Below are positions 16,036-29,800 of a DNA stretch of 64,000 nt, piece by piece. Source of the DNA: the human T2T-CHM13v2.0 reference genome, Homo sapiens; NCBI RefSeq assembly GCF_009914755.1, contig NC_060935.1; one strand, given 5' to 3'. Made by a program: the position numbers and the translations under genes. Each line of letters starts with the position of its first letter. The first letter of the stretch is position 1. The notes beneath the pieces are model-generated. The model was not told the origin of the DNA and did no database searches. It was given only the letters and a program-made list of their open reading frames with translations.

Positions 16036-17049
16036 GCAATTACAATTATTACTTTATGTTCCAAATGTCAGTCTCCACAAAGAAGGCCAACTCCTGGGGT
16101 ATAAGGGTTCCGTCTCAGTTTCCTTACCAGTACCCCAGTATATAGGACCCCCAGGAAGCCCTGACAATCTTTGGTGCTCAGAGTCCTGCCCTAACCTACT
16201 GTCAAACCCTTAGTTCTTGCTTCTGAATTCATCCGACAACCTATTGACTGATCTGTATGCTACCTTTATTTCTCTGCTGGGACTCCTTTGGAGAGCCTGA
16301 AAGGTGGTCTTGCTGGGATTGGAGACCCCCTGTCAGCCCACTTTGTCCTGCAGCTCGGATCATCCCAGTGGCCTGCTTAGCTCCTTTGTGCTCCCCTGGC
16401 TTCTGAGCCACAGCCATTAGATACTGGCTCTGGCCTGCCATTTGGCTCCTGACCCCTCATGTGGGGTTGGTTTTCTCTCTCCTGCCCAGCCCCAGCCCTG
16501 CCTGGCCCCTCTTGAGCTGCCAATGATTCAATTCCTCTTAATAGTCCAGCAAAAGCCCTTAGAGCTGGAAGCAGTTATACCCTGCCTTGGTCTCAACCAT
16601 GGCGAAGCCCATGGTCCATTCTGAAGTAACAAGACTCACACGTAGGGAGAGAAGCCCTTGACTTCAAGGAACCACCCACTCTGTACTCTTCCCACCCTCC
16701 CCTCACATATGAAGCAGGGTGAGCCATGACTTGGGTTGATGGGTGTCATGGCAGCTTTTAGAAAGGAGAGGAAATGGGAATTTGAATGACCCATGTACAC
16801 ATAGCGGAATGCTGCAATCACATGCCTTTCCTCTCACTGCCAAATCTCAGTGGTGTTCTTACAAATTTTTCCTAATATATTCCTAATATATCCCCATTCA
16901 ACTCCCAGGCTCTCCAAAGCAGAGGATATTGGGACTGGAAAATGAGCAATATATGTTTAAGGGAGTATGTTTCTGTATAAGAAGCCGATTTCTGAATAGT
17001 TCATCCCTCCTCGTCTTCTCTTTAGTAAAGATAACTGAGACTCAGGTAA

Positions 17050-17275
17050 TGATGGCCAAGAATTATGAAGCACTCAGAGATCCTGTTCTAAGTAGTTTAC
17101 ATCTATTAATTTATGTAAGCCTCAAAACAACCCTATGAGGTAGGCACTATCAACATTCACTTTATTTCAGAGGAAGAAACCAAAGCACCAAGAGCTTAAG
17201 TAATTCGTCTTAGGACACAGAGTAGGGATAACAATGCTGGCAACCTGGCTCCTGAGCCATTATGCAGTACCACCT
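17050..17275 (-). mobile_element. MIR
   Basis: cctcaaaacaaccctatgaggtagg...cagaggaagaaaccaaagcac. Confidence 0.8.
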
Positions 17276-18774
17276 ATGATCTACTTTCTGTTTAGTAGCC
17301 CAAACAAGAGAAATGTCTTTTATCTTATCTCAGGCAAGAGCAGTAATTTAACACGAGTATGCATTCCAGCCACATTTTGTTGTCAGAAACCGTTACCAGG
17401 GGCAGCAATGGAATGTGAGGCATGATGGTATGTGCCAGGCTGTGGTTTCTCTCCCTGTTGCATCAGGACACCTCCTTTCTCTCTTCCCTTGGAAAGTTAG
17501 GCAGCAGCCTGCTGTCTCTCCTCAGTGGCAGCCTCTGTGCATCCAGCTGGGGAGGCCCTCTCTTTGCTCAGATTGTCTCTTTTCAAAAGAACTTGGTTCC
17601 CAGAAGATTTGTAAATCAAGGTGTACTTGAAGGGGAAGCAATCATTCTGATTGGTAAATCGGGGATCAGGAACTGAGCAAGCGCAGCTCAGCCCCTCCCC
17701 TCTCTTCATGCTCCTTGTATCTACCTGAGGCACTAACATTCTGCTCTGCTTCTGCAGCAGAGATTTTAGAGGGTAGGTTCTGCTTTTGCTGATGGGCTGG
17801 AACTGCTATGGCTGAGTGGTTAAGTCTGTTGAATTTCAGAACTTGGTGTTAGGAAGCCTGTTATTGCTGCAAATTTAGGTTACGTTTTCGAACAGTTTTG
17901 TCAGTAATTAAGTTGATATTTGGATCTTCCAGTCTCAGTTGGTTCTAAACACAGACAAAGAAAAGAGCAGGTAATTATTGTTCACCCCTCATTCCTAACC
18001 ATTTCCTTTCCTATCACTGCAGTTGGCTGAATTGGTCAAGAGATATAGTTCAAAAATACATAGGTACATTTACACAAATATATGTAGAGAGCTAAAAACC
18101 AATAATCACAAGTATTTCAAGGAAGGTTGCATGTGGTGGTTTCATTACTTCTATCAGCTGAGTCTACTGTGTTTGAAAGCTAAAATCTGAGAAGGCTGAG
18201 TGTTCCAAAGTAAATTATCTATTGTCTGTGGGGCTAAGTTGTCTTTTAAAGCTGTCTTTTCAAGTAGGCAGAATGGATTGCAGAAATAGGAAAAGAGCAG
18301 TGGTAGTGCCAAAAGAATGCTGGTCTTGGGTCAAAAACAAATATAAGCTTTGATTAGCCTAGATTTGGTGACCCCATAACTTAGCACACAGGAAATAATT
18401 AATTAGAAAGATAAATAGGTATGTGTCATTTAAAATAATGTGTTCACTGCCACAATTTATATAAAATAAATACCATGTTCCCAGGTTTCTATTTATAACA
18501 GGCATTTTCACATTCACCACCTCAGTTATTATCATGACCAACATTTTGAGGAAGCTGAGAGGCAGAGATTGAGGTTAAGGGACTCATATAGAATCATATA
18601 GCAAGACAGGAGATCTGAACTCATGTTTATTCATAGCAGGGTATATCGTCTTTCCATTATATGATGCTATGGACACAAAATTGCATTAAGTGTGGACATA
18701 GTCACTAGTTTTAGGAAACTTAACACTTGAACTGAAAGGATAACAATACACCCATGATAAGAAATTAACAACCA

Positions 18775-21165
18775 AATATGTTCAAAGAGCTAAAGGAAAA
18801 CATAAACAAAAAACTAAAGAAAATCTGGAAAACAATGCAAAACTAAAATGAGAAGATGGAAAATATATAAAGGAACAAAACAGAAACTCTGGAGCTAAAA
18901 ATATTGTAACTGAAGTAAAAATTTTAATAGAGGGCTTTAATAGCAGATTTGAGCAGGCAGAAGGAAGACTAAGTGGATGTGAAGATAGGACAATTGGAAT
19001 GATCAAGTCTAAGGAACAGAACAAAAAAGAATTTTAAAAAGTGAAAAGAGCCTAAGGGTCCTGTGCACACCATCAAGTGGACCAACATATGCACTGCGCG
19101 AGTCCCAGAAGGAGAAAAGAGAGAAATTAATAGAAAGGTTATTTGATGACACAATGGCTGAAAATTTCCCCACTTTGATGAAAGATATGAATCTACAAAT
19201 CCAAGAATCTCAACAACTTCAAGTGCAATAAACTCAAAGAGAATCACACTGACACGTTATCATCAAACTCTTGAAAGTGCAAGACAGAGAGAATCTTGAA
19301 ATCAGCAAGAGATTGTGATTCATCATTGTATTAGTCCGTTTTCATGCTGCTGCTAAGGACATAGCTGAGACTGGGCAATTTACAAAAGAAAGAGGTTTAT
19401 TGGACTTACAGCTCCATATGGCTGGGGAGGCCTCACAATCATGGCAGAAGGCAAGGAGGAACAAGTCACATCTTACATGGATGGCTGCAGGCAAAAAGAG
19501 AGCTTGTGTAGAGAAGCTCCTGTTTTTGAAACCATCAGATGTCATAAGACCCATTCACTCTCATGAAAACAGCACAGGAAAGACCTGCCCCCAAGATTCA
19601 ATCATCTCCCACTGGGTCCCTCCCCCAACACATGGGAATTATTGGAACTTCAAGATGAGAGTTGGGTGGGGACACAGAGCCAAGCCATATCAATCATGCA
19701 CATCAAGTCCTCAATAGAATTATTAGCTAATTTTTTATTAGATAATTTGAAGGCCAGAAGGCAGTGACCTTAAAATGCTGAAGGAAAAAACTTGAAAACC
19801 AAAAATTGTGTATCTGGCAAAACTGTCCTTTAAAAATAAAAGGGAAATTAAGACATTCTAGTAAACAAAATCTGAAGGAGCTCATTTAAACTAGCACTGC
19901 CCAACAAGAAATGCTAATAGGAGTTCTTTGGAATGAAATGAAGGAATGCTAAATAGCAACTCAAAGCTGTATGAAGAAATAAAGATATCCAGTAAAGGTG
20001 AATATATGGGCAAATATAAAAGCTGATATTATCATCATTTTGACTGATATTTTTACTTTTTATTTTCTATAGAATTTAAAAGACAAAGGAATAAAATAAT
20101 TGTAAATTTCTTAATTAGACAATACATAAAGATGTAATATGTGACATCAATAACATAAAAGAAGAGGGCAGAGCTACATAAGATTAGTTTTGGTATGTGA
20201 TTAAGGTTAAGCTGGTATAAATCTAAATTAAATTGCTTCAACTTTAGGATATTATATATGACTCCCATGGTAACCACAAAAAAATGTATCTGTAGACTAT
20301 ACAAAGAAGGAAATGAGAAAGGACTCAAAATGTGTCACTACGAAATATCAGCTAAACCCATACAAGGCAGTAATGGAAAAAATAAAAGACAGAAAGCATT
20401 TGCAAAATGGCAAGAGTAAGTTCTTTCTAATCAGTAATTACTTTAAATGTAAATAGATTAAGTTCTCCAGTAAAAAGGCACAGATCAGTAGAATGGACTA
20501 TAAAAAAAGATTCAACTATATGCTATGCGCAAGGGATTCACTTTAGATCTGAGGAGACAAATAGGTTGAAAGTGAAAGAATGGTAAAAGATATTCTATAC
20601 CAGTAGTCACCAAAAGAGAACTGGGTGGCTGTATTAATTCCAGGCAAAACAGACGTTAAATCAAAAATTGTTCCAAAGGCAAAAAAGTATGTTGTATATT
20701 GAAAAAAGAGTCAATTATCAGAGAAACATAACAATTGTAAATATATATGCATCAAGCATCAGTGTTCCAAAATACATGAAGCAAATATTGACAAAATTGA
20801 AGGGAGAGATAAATAGTGTTACTCCAACAATAGTTGGAGACTTCAATATTCCACTTTTAATAATGGGTAGAACAATCAGATAATCAGTAAGGACATAGAA
20901 GACTTGAACAACACTATAAACCAGGTAGACTTCACAGACATACATACAAAGAATATCACCCAACAATAGCAAAATATACATTTTTCTCAAGTATACCTGC
21001 AACATTCTCCAGGATAGATCATATGTTAGGCCCCAAAATAAGTCAATACATTTAGAAAGATTCAAATCATACAAAGCATCTTTTCTGATCACAATGAAAA
21101 CTAGAAACAGAAGGAAAACTGGAAAACAGAAGGAAATATGTGTGGAAACTAAACAACACACCTTT
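18775..21165 (+). mobile_element. Old L1 (L1M): ORF1, inter-ORF and ORF2 endonuclease region, degenerate
   Basis: ORF1 motifs (aatagcagatttgagcaggcagaag, atggctgaaaatttccc); EN-like peptide ITIVNIYA...TIVGDFNIPL in ORF 20668-20883. Confidence 0.9.
19327..19692 (-). mobile_element. THE1 (MaLR, THE1B/C-like) solo LTR
   Basis: tgtattagtccgttttcatgctgct...ggggacacagagccaagccatatca; TG...CA ends; perfect 5-bp TSD ATCAT. Confidence 0.95.
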
Positions 21166-21179
21166 TTTTCTTCTAACCC

Positions 21180-21530
21180 AAGAGTTCATCACAGCTTTAT
21201 TCACAGTAGCCAAAAATAGGTAAAAATCCAAATAAATTTTCATCAACAGGTGAATTGCAGTCCATCCATACAATGGACTTGTTTTGGACAATGAAAAGGA
21301 TCAAATACAGACAGAAAACAACATTGATGAATATGAAAAAGATGGCATGCTGAGTGAAAAAAGCCAGACACACAAGGCTACCTCCTGGGTAAATCTATTT
21401 ACACGATGCTCAATGACAGGCCAAACTAATCTATGGTGGAGAAAATCCAGAACAGTGGGAGCCAGTGGCAGTGAATGTGGATATAAATGAGATGGAGCAT
21501 GAAAGATCCTCCCAGATCAATGATGGACAC
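21180..21530 (+). mobile_element. L1ME-like 3' fragment
   Basis: gctttattcacagtagccaaaa, atgctgagtgaaaaaagccagacac, caaactaatctatggtg. Confidence 0.7.
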
Positions 21531-21680
21531 ACTTGTTAGCTGTCCATGAGAGGTACAATTATGACTGAAGGATGTTATTGAATGCAAATTATTAAATAGC
21601 CATTAATAACCATTCATCAATAGTGGCAAACACTAAATACAAGCAAATACCAAATACTAGTAAACTAAGTTCAGGAGCAT

Positions 21681-24631
21681 TTTTTAAACTTTTCTTTTAA
21701 ACATGTACACCAAATCCCAGTGACACGCAATTTACCTATATAGCAAAACTGCACATGTACCACTGTACCATGCAGTTTCATTATATAGGTAAATTGCATG
21801 TCACAGGGGTTTGGTGTACAGATTGTTTTGTCACCCAGGTAATAAATACGGTACCCAATAGAAGTTTTTCAATCCTCACCCTTCTACCACCCTCTACTCT
21901 AAAGTAGGACCTGGTGTCTGTTGTTTCCTTCTTTGTGCCCATGTGTACTCAATGTTTAGCTCCTACTTATATGCGAGAACATGCAGTATTTGGTTTTCTC
22001 TTCGTATGTTAGTTCACTTAGCATAATGGCCTCCAGCTTCATCCATGCTGCTGCAAAGGGCAGAATCTTGTTCTTTTTTATGGCTACATAGTATTCTATG
22101 GTACATATGTACCATATTTTCTTTATCCAGTCTACTGTTGAGCATTTAGGTCGATTCCATGTCTTTGCTATTGTCAATAGTGCTACAATAAACATACACA
22201 TGCATGTGTCTTTATGGTAGAATGATTTATATTCCTTTGGGCATATATCCAATAATGGGATTGCTGGGTTGAACGACAGTTCTGTTTTAAGTTCTTTGAG
22301 AAATTGCCAAATTGCTTTCCACAGTGGCTGAAGTAATTTACACTCTCACCAGTAGTGATTAAGCCTTCCCTTTTCTTTGCAACCTCACCAGCATCTGCTA
22401 TTTTTTGACTTTTTAATAATAGCCATTCTGACTGCTGTGAGATGGTATCTCATTGTGGTTTTGATTTGCATTTCCGTAATGATCAGTGATGAGTGTTTTT
22501 TCATATGCTGGTTGGCTGCATGCATGTCTTTTTTTGAAAAGTGTCTGTTCATGTCTTTTGCCTACTTTTTAATGAGGTTGTTTGTCTTTTGCTTGTGTTA
22601 CAAATTTTGTTTAAGTTCCTTATAGATTCTGGATATTAGACCTCTGTTGGATGTATAATTTGTAAATATTTTCTCTCATTCTGTAGGTCGTCTGTTTACT
22701 CTATTGATAGTTACTTCTGCTGTGCACAGTCTCTTTAGTTTAATTAATTCCCGTTTGTCAATTTTTGTTTTTGTTGCAGTTGCTTCTGTCATCTTAATCA
22801 TAAAATCTTTGCCAGGGCCTGTGTCCAGAATGGTACTTTCTAGGTTTTCTTCTAGGGTTTTTATAGTTTTAGGTTTTACATATAAGTCTTTAATCCATCT
22901 TAAGTTGATTTTTGTATGTGGTGTAAGGAAGGTGTCCAGTTTCAATCTTCAGCATATGGCTAGCCAGTTATCCCAGCACCATTTATTGAATAGGGAGTTC
23001 TTTCTCCATTGCTTGTTTTTGTCAACTTTGTTGATGATCAGATGGTGGTACGCATGTGGCTTTATTTCTGGTTCTCTATTGTGTTCCATTGGTCTATGTG
23101 TCTGTTTTGGTACCAATATCATGTTGCTTTGGTTACTATGGCCTTGTAGTATAGTTTGAAGCCAGGTAATGTGATGCCTCCAACTTTGTTATTTTTGTTT
23201 AGAATTTCTTTGGCTTTTCGGCTCTTTTTTGGTTCCATATGAATTTTAAAACAATAGTTTTTTTTATAATTCTGTGAAGAATGTCATTGGTAGTCTGATA
23301 GGAATAACACTGAATCTGTAAATTGCTTTGGGCAGTATGGCAATTATAACAATATTGATTCTTCCAATCTATGAGCATAGAATGTTTTTCCATTTGTTTG
23401 TGTCATCTCTGATTTCTTTGAGCAATGGTTTGTAATTCTCATTACACAGATTTTTCACCTCCCTGGTTAGCCATATACCTAAGTATTTTAATCTTTTATG
23501 GCTATTAAGAATGGGATTGTGTTCTTGATTTGGTTCTCAGCTTGGATGTTGTTTGTGCATAGAAATGTTGCCGATTTTTATATATTGATTTTGTATCCTG
23601 AAATTGCTGGAGTTGTTTATCAGATCTAGGAGCTTTGGACAGAGACCACTGGGTTTTTTAGTTACGGAATCATATCATCTGCAAACAGAGATAGTTTGAC
23701 TTCCTGTCTTCCTGTTTGGATGCCTTTTATTTCATTCTCTTGCCTTATTGCTCTGGCTGCCCATTCAGTATAATGTTGACTATGGATTTGTCATAGATGG
23801 CTTTTATTATTTTGAGATATGTTCCTTCAATGCCTAGTTTTTTGAGGGTTTTAGCATGAAAGGATGTTGAATTTTATCTGCATCTATTGAAATGATCATG
23901 TGCTTTTTGTTTTTAGTTCTGTTTATGTGATGAATCACATTTATTGATTTGCATATGTTGAATCAACCTTGCATCCCAGGGATAAAGCCCACTTGATCAC
24001 AGTGGATTAGCTTTTTGATGTGCTGCTGGATTTGGTTTGCTAGTATTTTGTTCAGGTTTTTTGTATCTATGTTCATTAAGGATGTTGGCCTGAAGTTTTC
24101 CTTTTTTGTTTTGTCTCTGCCTAGTTTTGGTATCAAAATGATGCTAGCCTCATAGATTGAGTTAGGGAGGAGTACTTCGTCTTCAATTTTTTTTGGAAAT
24201 AGTTTCAGCAGGAATGGTATCAGCTATTCTTTGTACATCTGGTATAATTCAGCTGTGAATCTGTCTGGTCCTGGGCTCTTTCTGGTTGATAGACATTTTA
24301 TTACTATTCAATTTTGGAACTCATGATTGGTCTGTTCAGGGTTTCAATTTCTTCTTGGATTAATCTTGGGAGGTTGTATGTTTCCAGGAATTTATCCATT
24401 GCTTGTGGATTTTCCAGTTTGCATGCATAGAGGTGTTCATAATAGTCTCTGAGGGATTTTTTGTATTTCTGTGGGTTCAGTGGTTATGCTCGTTTGTCAT
24501 TTCTGATTGCACTTATTTGGATCTTCTCTCTTTTTCTCTTTATTAGTCTAGCTAGTGGTCTATCAATCTTATTTATTCTTTCAAAGGACAAACCCCTGAA
24601 TTTGTTGATCTTTTGTATGGTTTATTGCATC
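21681..24631 (-). mobile_element. 5'-truncated L1PA (PA13-16-like), about 2.95 kb
   Basis: Antisense 3' UTR and ORF2 (peptides ...FIVALLTIAKTWNRPKCS..., ...[15 protein letters not shown]...); perfect TSD tcaggagcat 21671-21680 / 24632-24641. Confidence 0.95.
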
Positions 24632-24641
24632 TCAGGAGCAT

Positions 24642-26877
24642 AGTAAAAGGATTATACACCTTGATCAAGTGGGTTTTATTCCTACAATGGAAGGATGTTC
24701 CAATATCTAAACATCAATAAATGTAATATACCACATTAATAGAATGAAAAAATACACATAATCATCTTAATGTAGAAGAATAATTTGACAAAATTCAGCA
24801 CACTGTCATGATAAAAAAGACTAAAAGCTAGGAATAGAAGGAAACTATTAGTAAAAGCCATATATGAAAAACCCATAAATAATGTCATACTCAATTGTGA
24901 AAGACTGTAAGCTTTTCCTCTAGGACTGCAGGAAGAAGACATGGATGCCTGCTTTTGTTATTTCTATTGAACATAGTATTAGAAGTTCTAGATAAGCAAT
25001 TAGGCAAGAAGAAGAAATAAAATGCATTCAGATTGGAAAAAAAGAAGTAACATTATCTCTCTTTGCAGCTAATATGATCTTATATGTAGAAAACCCTAAA
25101 AATTCCAAACACAAAACAGAGCTAATAAATGAATTCATTAAACTTGCAGGATACAAAACCAATGCATAAAAATCAATTCCATTTTTATTTACTAGCAATG
25201 AAGAATCCAAAAAGAAACGAAGAAAACAATTTCATTTCTAATAGTATCAAAAAGAATAAAATATTTAGGGATACATTTAACCAAGGAGGTAAAAGACTTG
25301 TATGATGAAAACTATAAATCATTGCTGAAAGAAATTAAAGAAGACATAAACAAGTGCAAAGACATTTCATGTCCATGAATCGGAAGACTTACTATTGTTA
25401 AGATGACAATACTTCCCAAAGAAATCTGCAGATGTAATGTAATTCTTATCAAATACCAATGGCAGGTTTCTAAGAAATAGAAAAACCCATCCTAAAATTC
25501 ACGTGTAATCTCAAGAGACTCTGAGTAGCTAAAATATTTTTGAAAAATAAGAACAAAGTTGGATGAGTCACACTTTCTGATTTCAAAACTTATTTCAAAG
25601 TTTCAGAAATCAAAACAGTATGGAACTGGCAACAGAACAGACATACAGATGGATGGAACAGACTAGAGAGTTCAGGAATTAATCTTCTCATATATGGTCA
25701 ATTGATTTTCAGTAAGGGTGCTGAGAACATTTAATAGGGGAAAGGACAGTCTTTTTAACAAATGGTGATGGGAAAACTGTATATGCACATATAAAAGAAT
25801 ACAGTTGGACCCTACCTAACACCATATACAAAAATTAACTCAAAATACCTAAAGTAATAAACATCTAAATGTAAGAACTAAAACTACAGAGCTCTTAGAA
25901 GAAAACATAGGACAAATCTTCATGACACTGCATTAGGCAATGATTTATTGGATATGACATCAAAGCATAGGTAACAAAAGAAAAAAAATAGATACATTGG
26001 ACTTCATCAAAACTAAAACCCCTTGTGCACCAAAAGGCACTATCAAGAGAGTGAAAAAGCAACCCACAGAATGGGAGAAAATATTCATGAATTACATAGC
26101 TCATGAGGGATTAATATCTAGAATATATAAAGAGCCCCCACAGCAACCCAATTCAAAAATGGGCAAAATATCTAAATACTTAGATATTTCTGCAAAGAAT
26201 ATATATAAGTGGCCAATAAGCACATGAAAAGATACTCAGCATCACTAGACATTAGCGAAGTGTAAATAGAAACTGCAGTTAGTCCACTTCATATAGGAGA
26301 AATGTTATTTAAAAAAAGGAAAAATAACAAATATTGTTGAGGATGTAGAGAAATTGGAACCATTGCACATTGCTAGCATGAATGTTAACTGTCACGTGTG
26401 CTGTGGAAAACCATTTGTTCCTCAGATAATTTAACATAAAATCACCACATGATCTAGCAATTCCACTCCTAGATGTATACCCAAAATTACTAAAAGCAGG
26501 AATTCAAACAAATGCTTATACACCAGTTTTCATTATAACTTTACCCATAGTAACCAAAAGGTGGACACAATCCAAATGTCTATTAATGAGATGGATGGAT
26601 AAACAGTATCTGGTATATACATACGATGGAATATTATTCAGCCTTAATAAAAAATGAAATTCAGCCAAGAAGCAATGGGTCATAATAACTCATTCAAATT
26701 CTTTTTTTCTTTTCTTTTTTTTTTTTGTTTGAGACAGAGTCTTACTCTGTTATCCAGGCTGGAGTGTAGTGGCATGATCTCGGCTCACAGCAACCTCTGC
26801 CTCCCAGGTTCAAGCGATTCTTGTGCCTCAGCCTCCTAAGTAGCTGGGATTACAGGCATGCACTACCACTCCTGGAT

Positions 26878-26908
<31 letters not shown>

Positions 26909-27490
26909 GTAGAGACTGGGTTTCAGCATGTTGCCCAGGCTGGTCTTGAACTCCTGACCTCAAATGATCTGCCTGTCTCAGCTTCACGAAGTGCTGGGAA
27001 TACAGGCATGAGCCACCACTCCCGGCCTCATCCAAATTCTTTTTCCTCATTCTCCTCTGTGGTCAATAGCATCTAGAGTCTTGGCAAGATGGCCAGCTGA
27101 GCTTTGTGGTCCGTATGTGAAATCACATGTGGATTCATATGCATAAGCCTTAGAAATAGTATGCTAAGTGAAATAAGCTAGACACAAAAGGACAAATACT
27201 ATATGATTCCACTTATATGAGTTTCTAGAAAAGGCAAATCCATAGAGACAGAAAGTAGAATAGAGGTTACTAGGGGCTGGGGGCAAGGGTTAAAAAAATA
27301 TTGGGAGTTATTGTTTAATGAATATAGGGTTTCTGTTTGAAATGATAAAAAGTTTCTGGAAATAGTGGTGATGATTTCACATCATTTTGGGATGTCCTTA
27401 ATGCCACTAAATTGTAAAATTGTACACTTAAAAGTAGTTATAAGGGTAAGTGTTATGTTTATTTTACCATAGTTAAAAATCTCAAAAAGA
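24642..27490 (+). mobile_element. L1MB-like ORF2 RT and C-terminus plus 3' UTR (host of the L1PA; starts about 21625)
   Basis: gatcaagtgggttttattcct, ctctctttgcagctaatatgatc (degenerate FADD), DFIKTKTPCAPKGTIKRVKKQPTEWEKIF, 3' UTR tgtacacttaaaagtagtt + A tail. Confidence 0.9.
26701..27027 (-). mobile_element. AluS with an expanded middle A-rich linker
   Basis: Antisense Alu; TSD tcattcaaattctttt / tcatccaaattctttt. Confidence 0.95.
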
Positions 27491-28089
27491 TTAACTATCA
27501 CTTAAAAGACAACTATAATGTTATGAGTAATATTTTAATTTGTATTTTCTGAAAAACAATGGATCATCCAAATTCTTTCGCCTGTTCTCCTTTATGATCA
27601 GTAGCATCCGTGGCCTTTGCAAGATGGCCAGCTGAGCGTTGTGGGACAGTCTGTCCCATATGTGGGGCAGTTCTGTCATTCCCTCAACTCCCCACCTGCC
27701 ATATATGTGAGTCTAGCATACAGATATTTGCTTTAAAACATACATATATATATTTAGGTTTTGCAAATTGGGATGTGGACAAACAGTACATATATATAAT
27801 GCAGCAGCAATTTTTAAAATTACTCCCTCTGAAAAGCAAGTTAAATTGAGGATTCATCTTATAATTAGTGATATATGTAAATTAAAAAGATATACTTGTG
27901 ACTCCAAAATATGAATGATATGTGAAGGTCATAAAGGACTAACAGAAAGGAACTAATTAAGAAAACAAGTAAGGAAGACTTCTTGGTGCTAACTTCTGGG
28001 GCTGGCTAGGAAGTGGCACAAATTAGAAGAAAGGAGTGTTTGCCTTTCAAATAAAGAGAGTAGATTAAGTAGAGAGTATTTCTATACGT

Positions 28090-28320
28090 GTGTCAAGAAA
28101 TAATGTCAATCAGCACTAAGATCTTTATAGATGTTCATCCATAACCCTCCTAACAAGAGTATAAGGTGGATATTATCATTAACCCCACTTTACAGATGAA
28201 GAAATTCATACACAGAATGAATAATCCCTACAAGGTTTCACAGCCAGTAAGTGGCAGAGCTGTGATTTGAACCCAGGTAGTCTGTCTAGAGTTCACCCTC
28301 TGACTACTACTAGCTCTACC
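28090..28320 (-). mobile_element. MIR
   Basis: ccccactttacagatgaagaaatt...gtaagtggcagagctgtgatttgaacccagg. Confidence 0.85.
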
Positions 28321-29269
28321 TGCTTTGGGTAGGAGTCATTAAAATACAAACAGAAAAAGAAAGAGAAAGGAAATATGTAGTTACTGGATGCTTAAAACTA
28401 CCAGCAAATTATCATTGAAATTATGTACAAGACACTGACTATTCATTGACCAAGTCCAACACATTGGCTTCAAAGACACTACTGCTTGGGGATATTGAGA
28501 CAAGTGAATACTAATATAGGAAGTCAGTGTCAATCTGGGAATGCATTAGAGGTGTTACATGTAGAATTTAGCAAGGAGTTAGTCTGAGTATGCCTTATTG
28601 TATCTTTGGCAATAAGATGAAAAGTTTAGAGTGTAGTTAATGAATTTATAATGGTCAAACACCACAGCCAAGAAGAATAAAAATTCCTATTACCATGAGT
28701 AGGCTAATTCTTATGGGTATATTTTGATCAATGAACAGTGGAAGCACTGTTGGACTTCAGGCCAGTAGTAAGTGAAGGTGCCTCCCTGTGTGTATGTGTG
28801 GCGGATCTCTCCAGATGGAATGAATCTCAGTGTGTTTTGGGTGTGGGGATATGAGAACGTCTTGGATATGCAGGAGTTATTATGTAGTCATAGGTGAATT
28901 ATTAGGTGCTTACTTTCATGATTTTCACTTTCAAATAAGAAAATTGAGGCTTAGAAAAATGAAGTAACTCTCCCGCAACTGCCACCCCAGTACAGGTCTG
29001 TCTGACTTGACCCCAGTGCTCTGAACTGAAGTTAAGGCAGTCTGAGTGCTTAGCCAGACATATTTCTGGAGCTTTTCTCCAAAAAGCTTGGCAAGTTTTG
29101 TGTTGTGCTTTAGTAAGGGAGGTATTCTCTTGTTCTTTTATGTGCTGATTAATGCTTTAGAGTCATTCCAAAGGGAGGCCTCCAGGGATATAGGACTTCC
29201 TGTGTTACCCACAAGCTTGATACGTATATCTTATATGTCTTCATATAATTAGCTGATAAAAATGTTGAA

Positions 29270-29800
29270 TAAGAGATGGCCAGAACTGAGTAGTATTTCA
29301 AAATAACCTCAAAAGACTGGAATTAAGGGCCAAAATCAATAAGATGAAATTCAACTGGTAAAATGTCAAGTCCCGACTTGGTTTAAAGAAAAAATCAGTT
29401 TACATAAGTATCATGTGGTAAAGACCTGGTTTGAAATTTGGTTGACTGCACACTTAAGATAAACCCACATTGTGAAATAATGAAGAAAATAGAGCTTGAA
29501 TTCTTAGGTTGCATTACAAGCAGTAGTGACAAGAGCAGGTGAAATGGCAGACCCATTGTACATGGGGCTAGTACCCCATCTAAAAATTATATTCGAGTCT
29601 ATATAGAGAGAGGCATTGCCAGCCAGATTCTGGTCAAAGGGAGAGGGATGGTGACTGTTGAAAAAATCATGAAAAATAAGGAATAATTCGGGAAACTTGA
29701 GGTAGTTATAGAAGGGTCTGAATAAGAGAAGCCTTGAGGGTAGATAAATCACATATTTTCTCTTGGAGCTCACCAGAAATTCTGAATATCTCCCTAGCCA
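29270..29800 (+). mobile_element. L3/CR1 fragment
   Basis: gggccaaaatcaataagatgaaattcaac...aaatgtcaagtcc, ttcttaggttgcattac resemble the CR1/L3 RT 3' region. Confidence 0.6.

Noticed and set aside
23750-23775. Small internal deletion in the L1PA ORF2
   Set aside because: Ordinary decay of a dead element.
20668-26227. ORFs with L1 ORF2 endonuclease, RT or C-terminal similarity
   Set aside because: Short, frameshifted remnants of dead L1 copies; no intact ORF1 or ORF2.
26880-26908. Long poly(T) in the Alu linker, and pentanucleotide Alu tails (9535, 58620)
   Set aside because: Common Alu microsatellite seeding; lengths are unremarkable.
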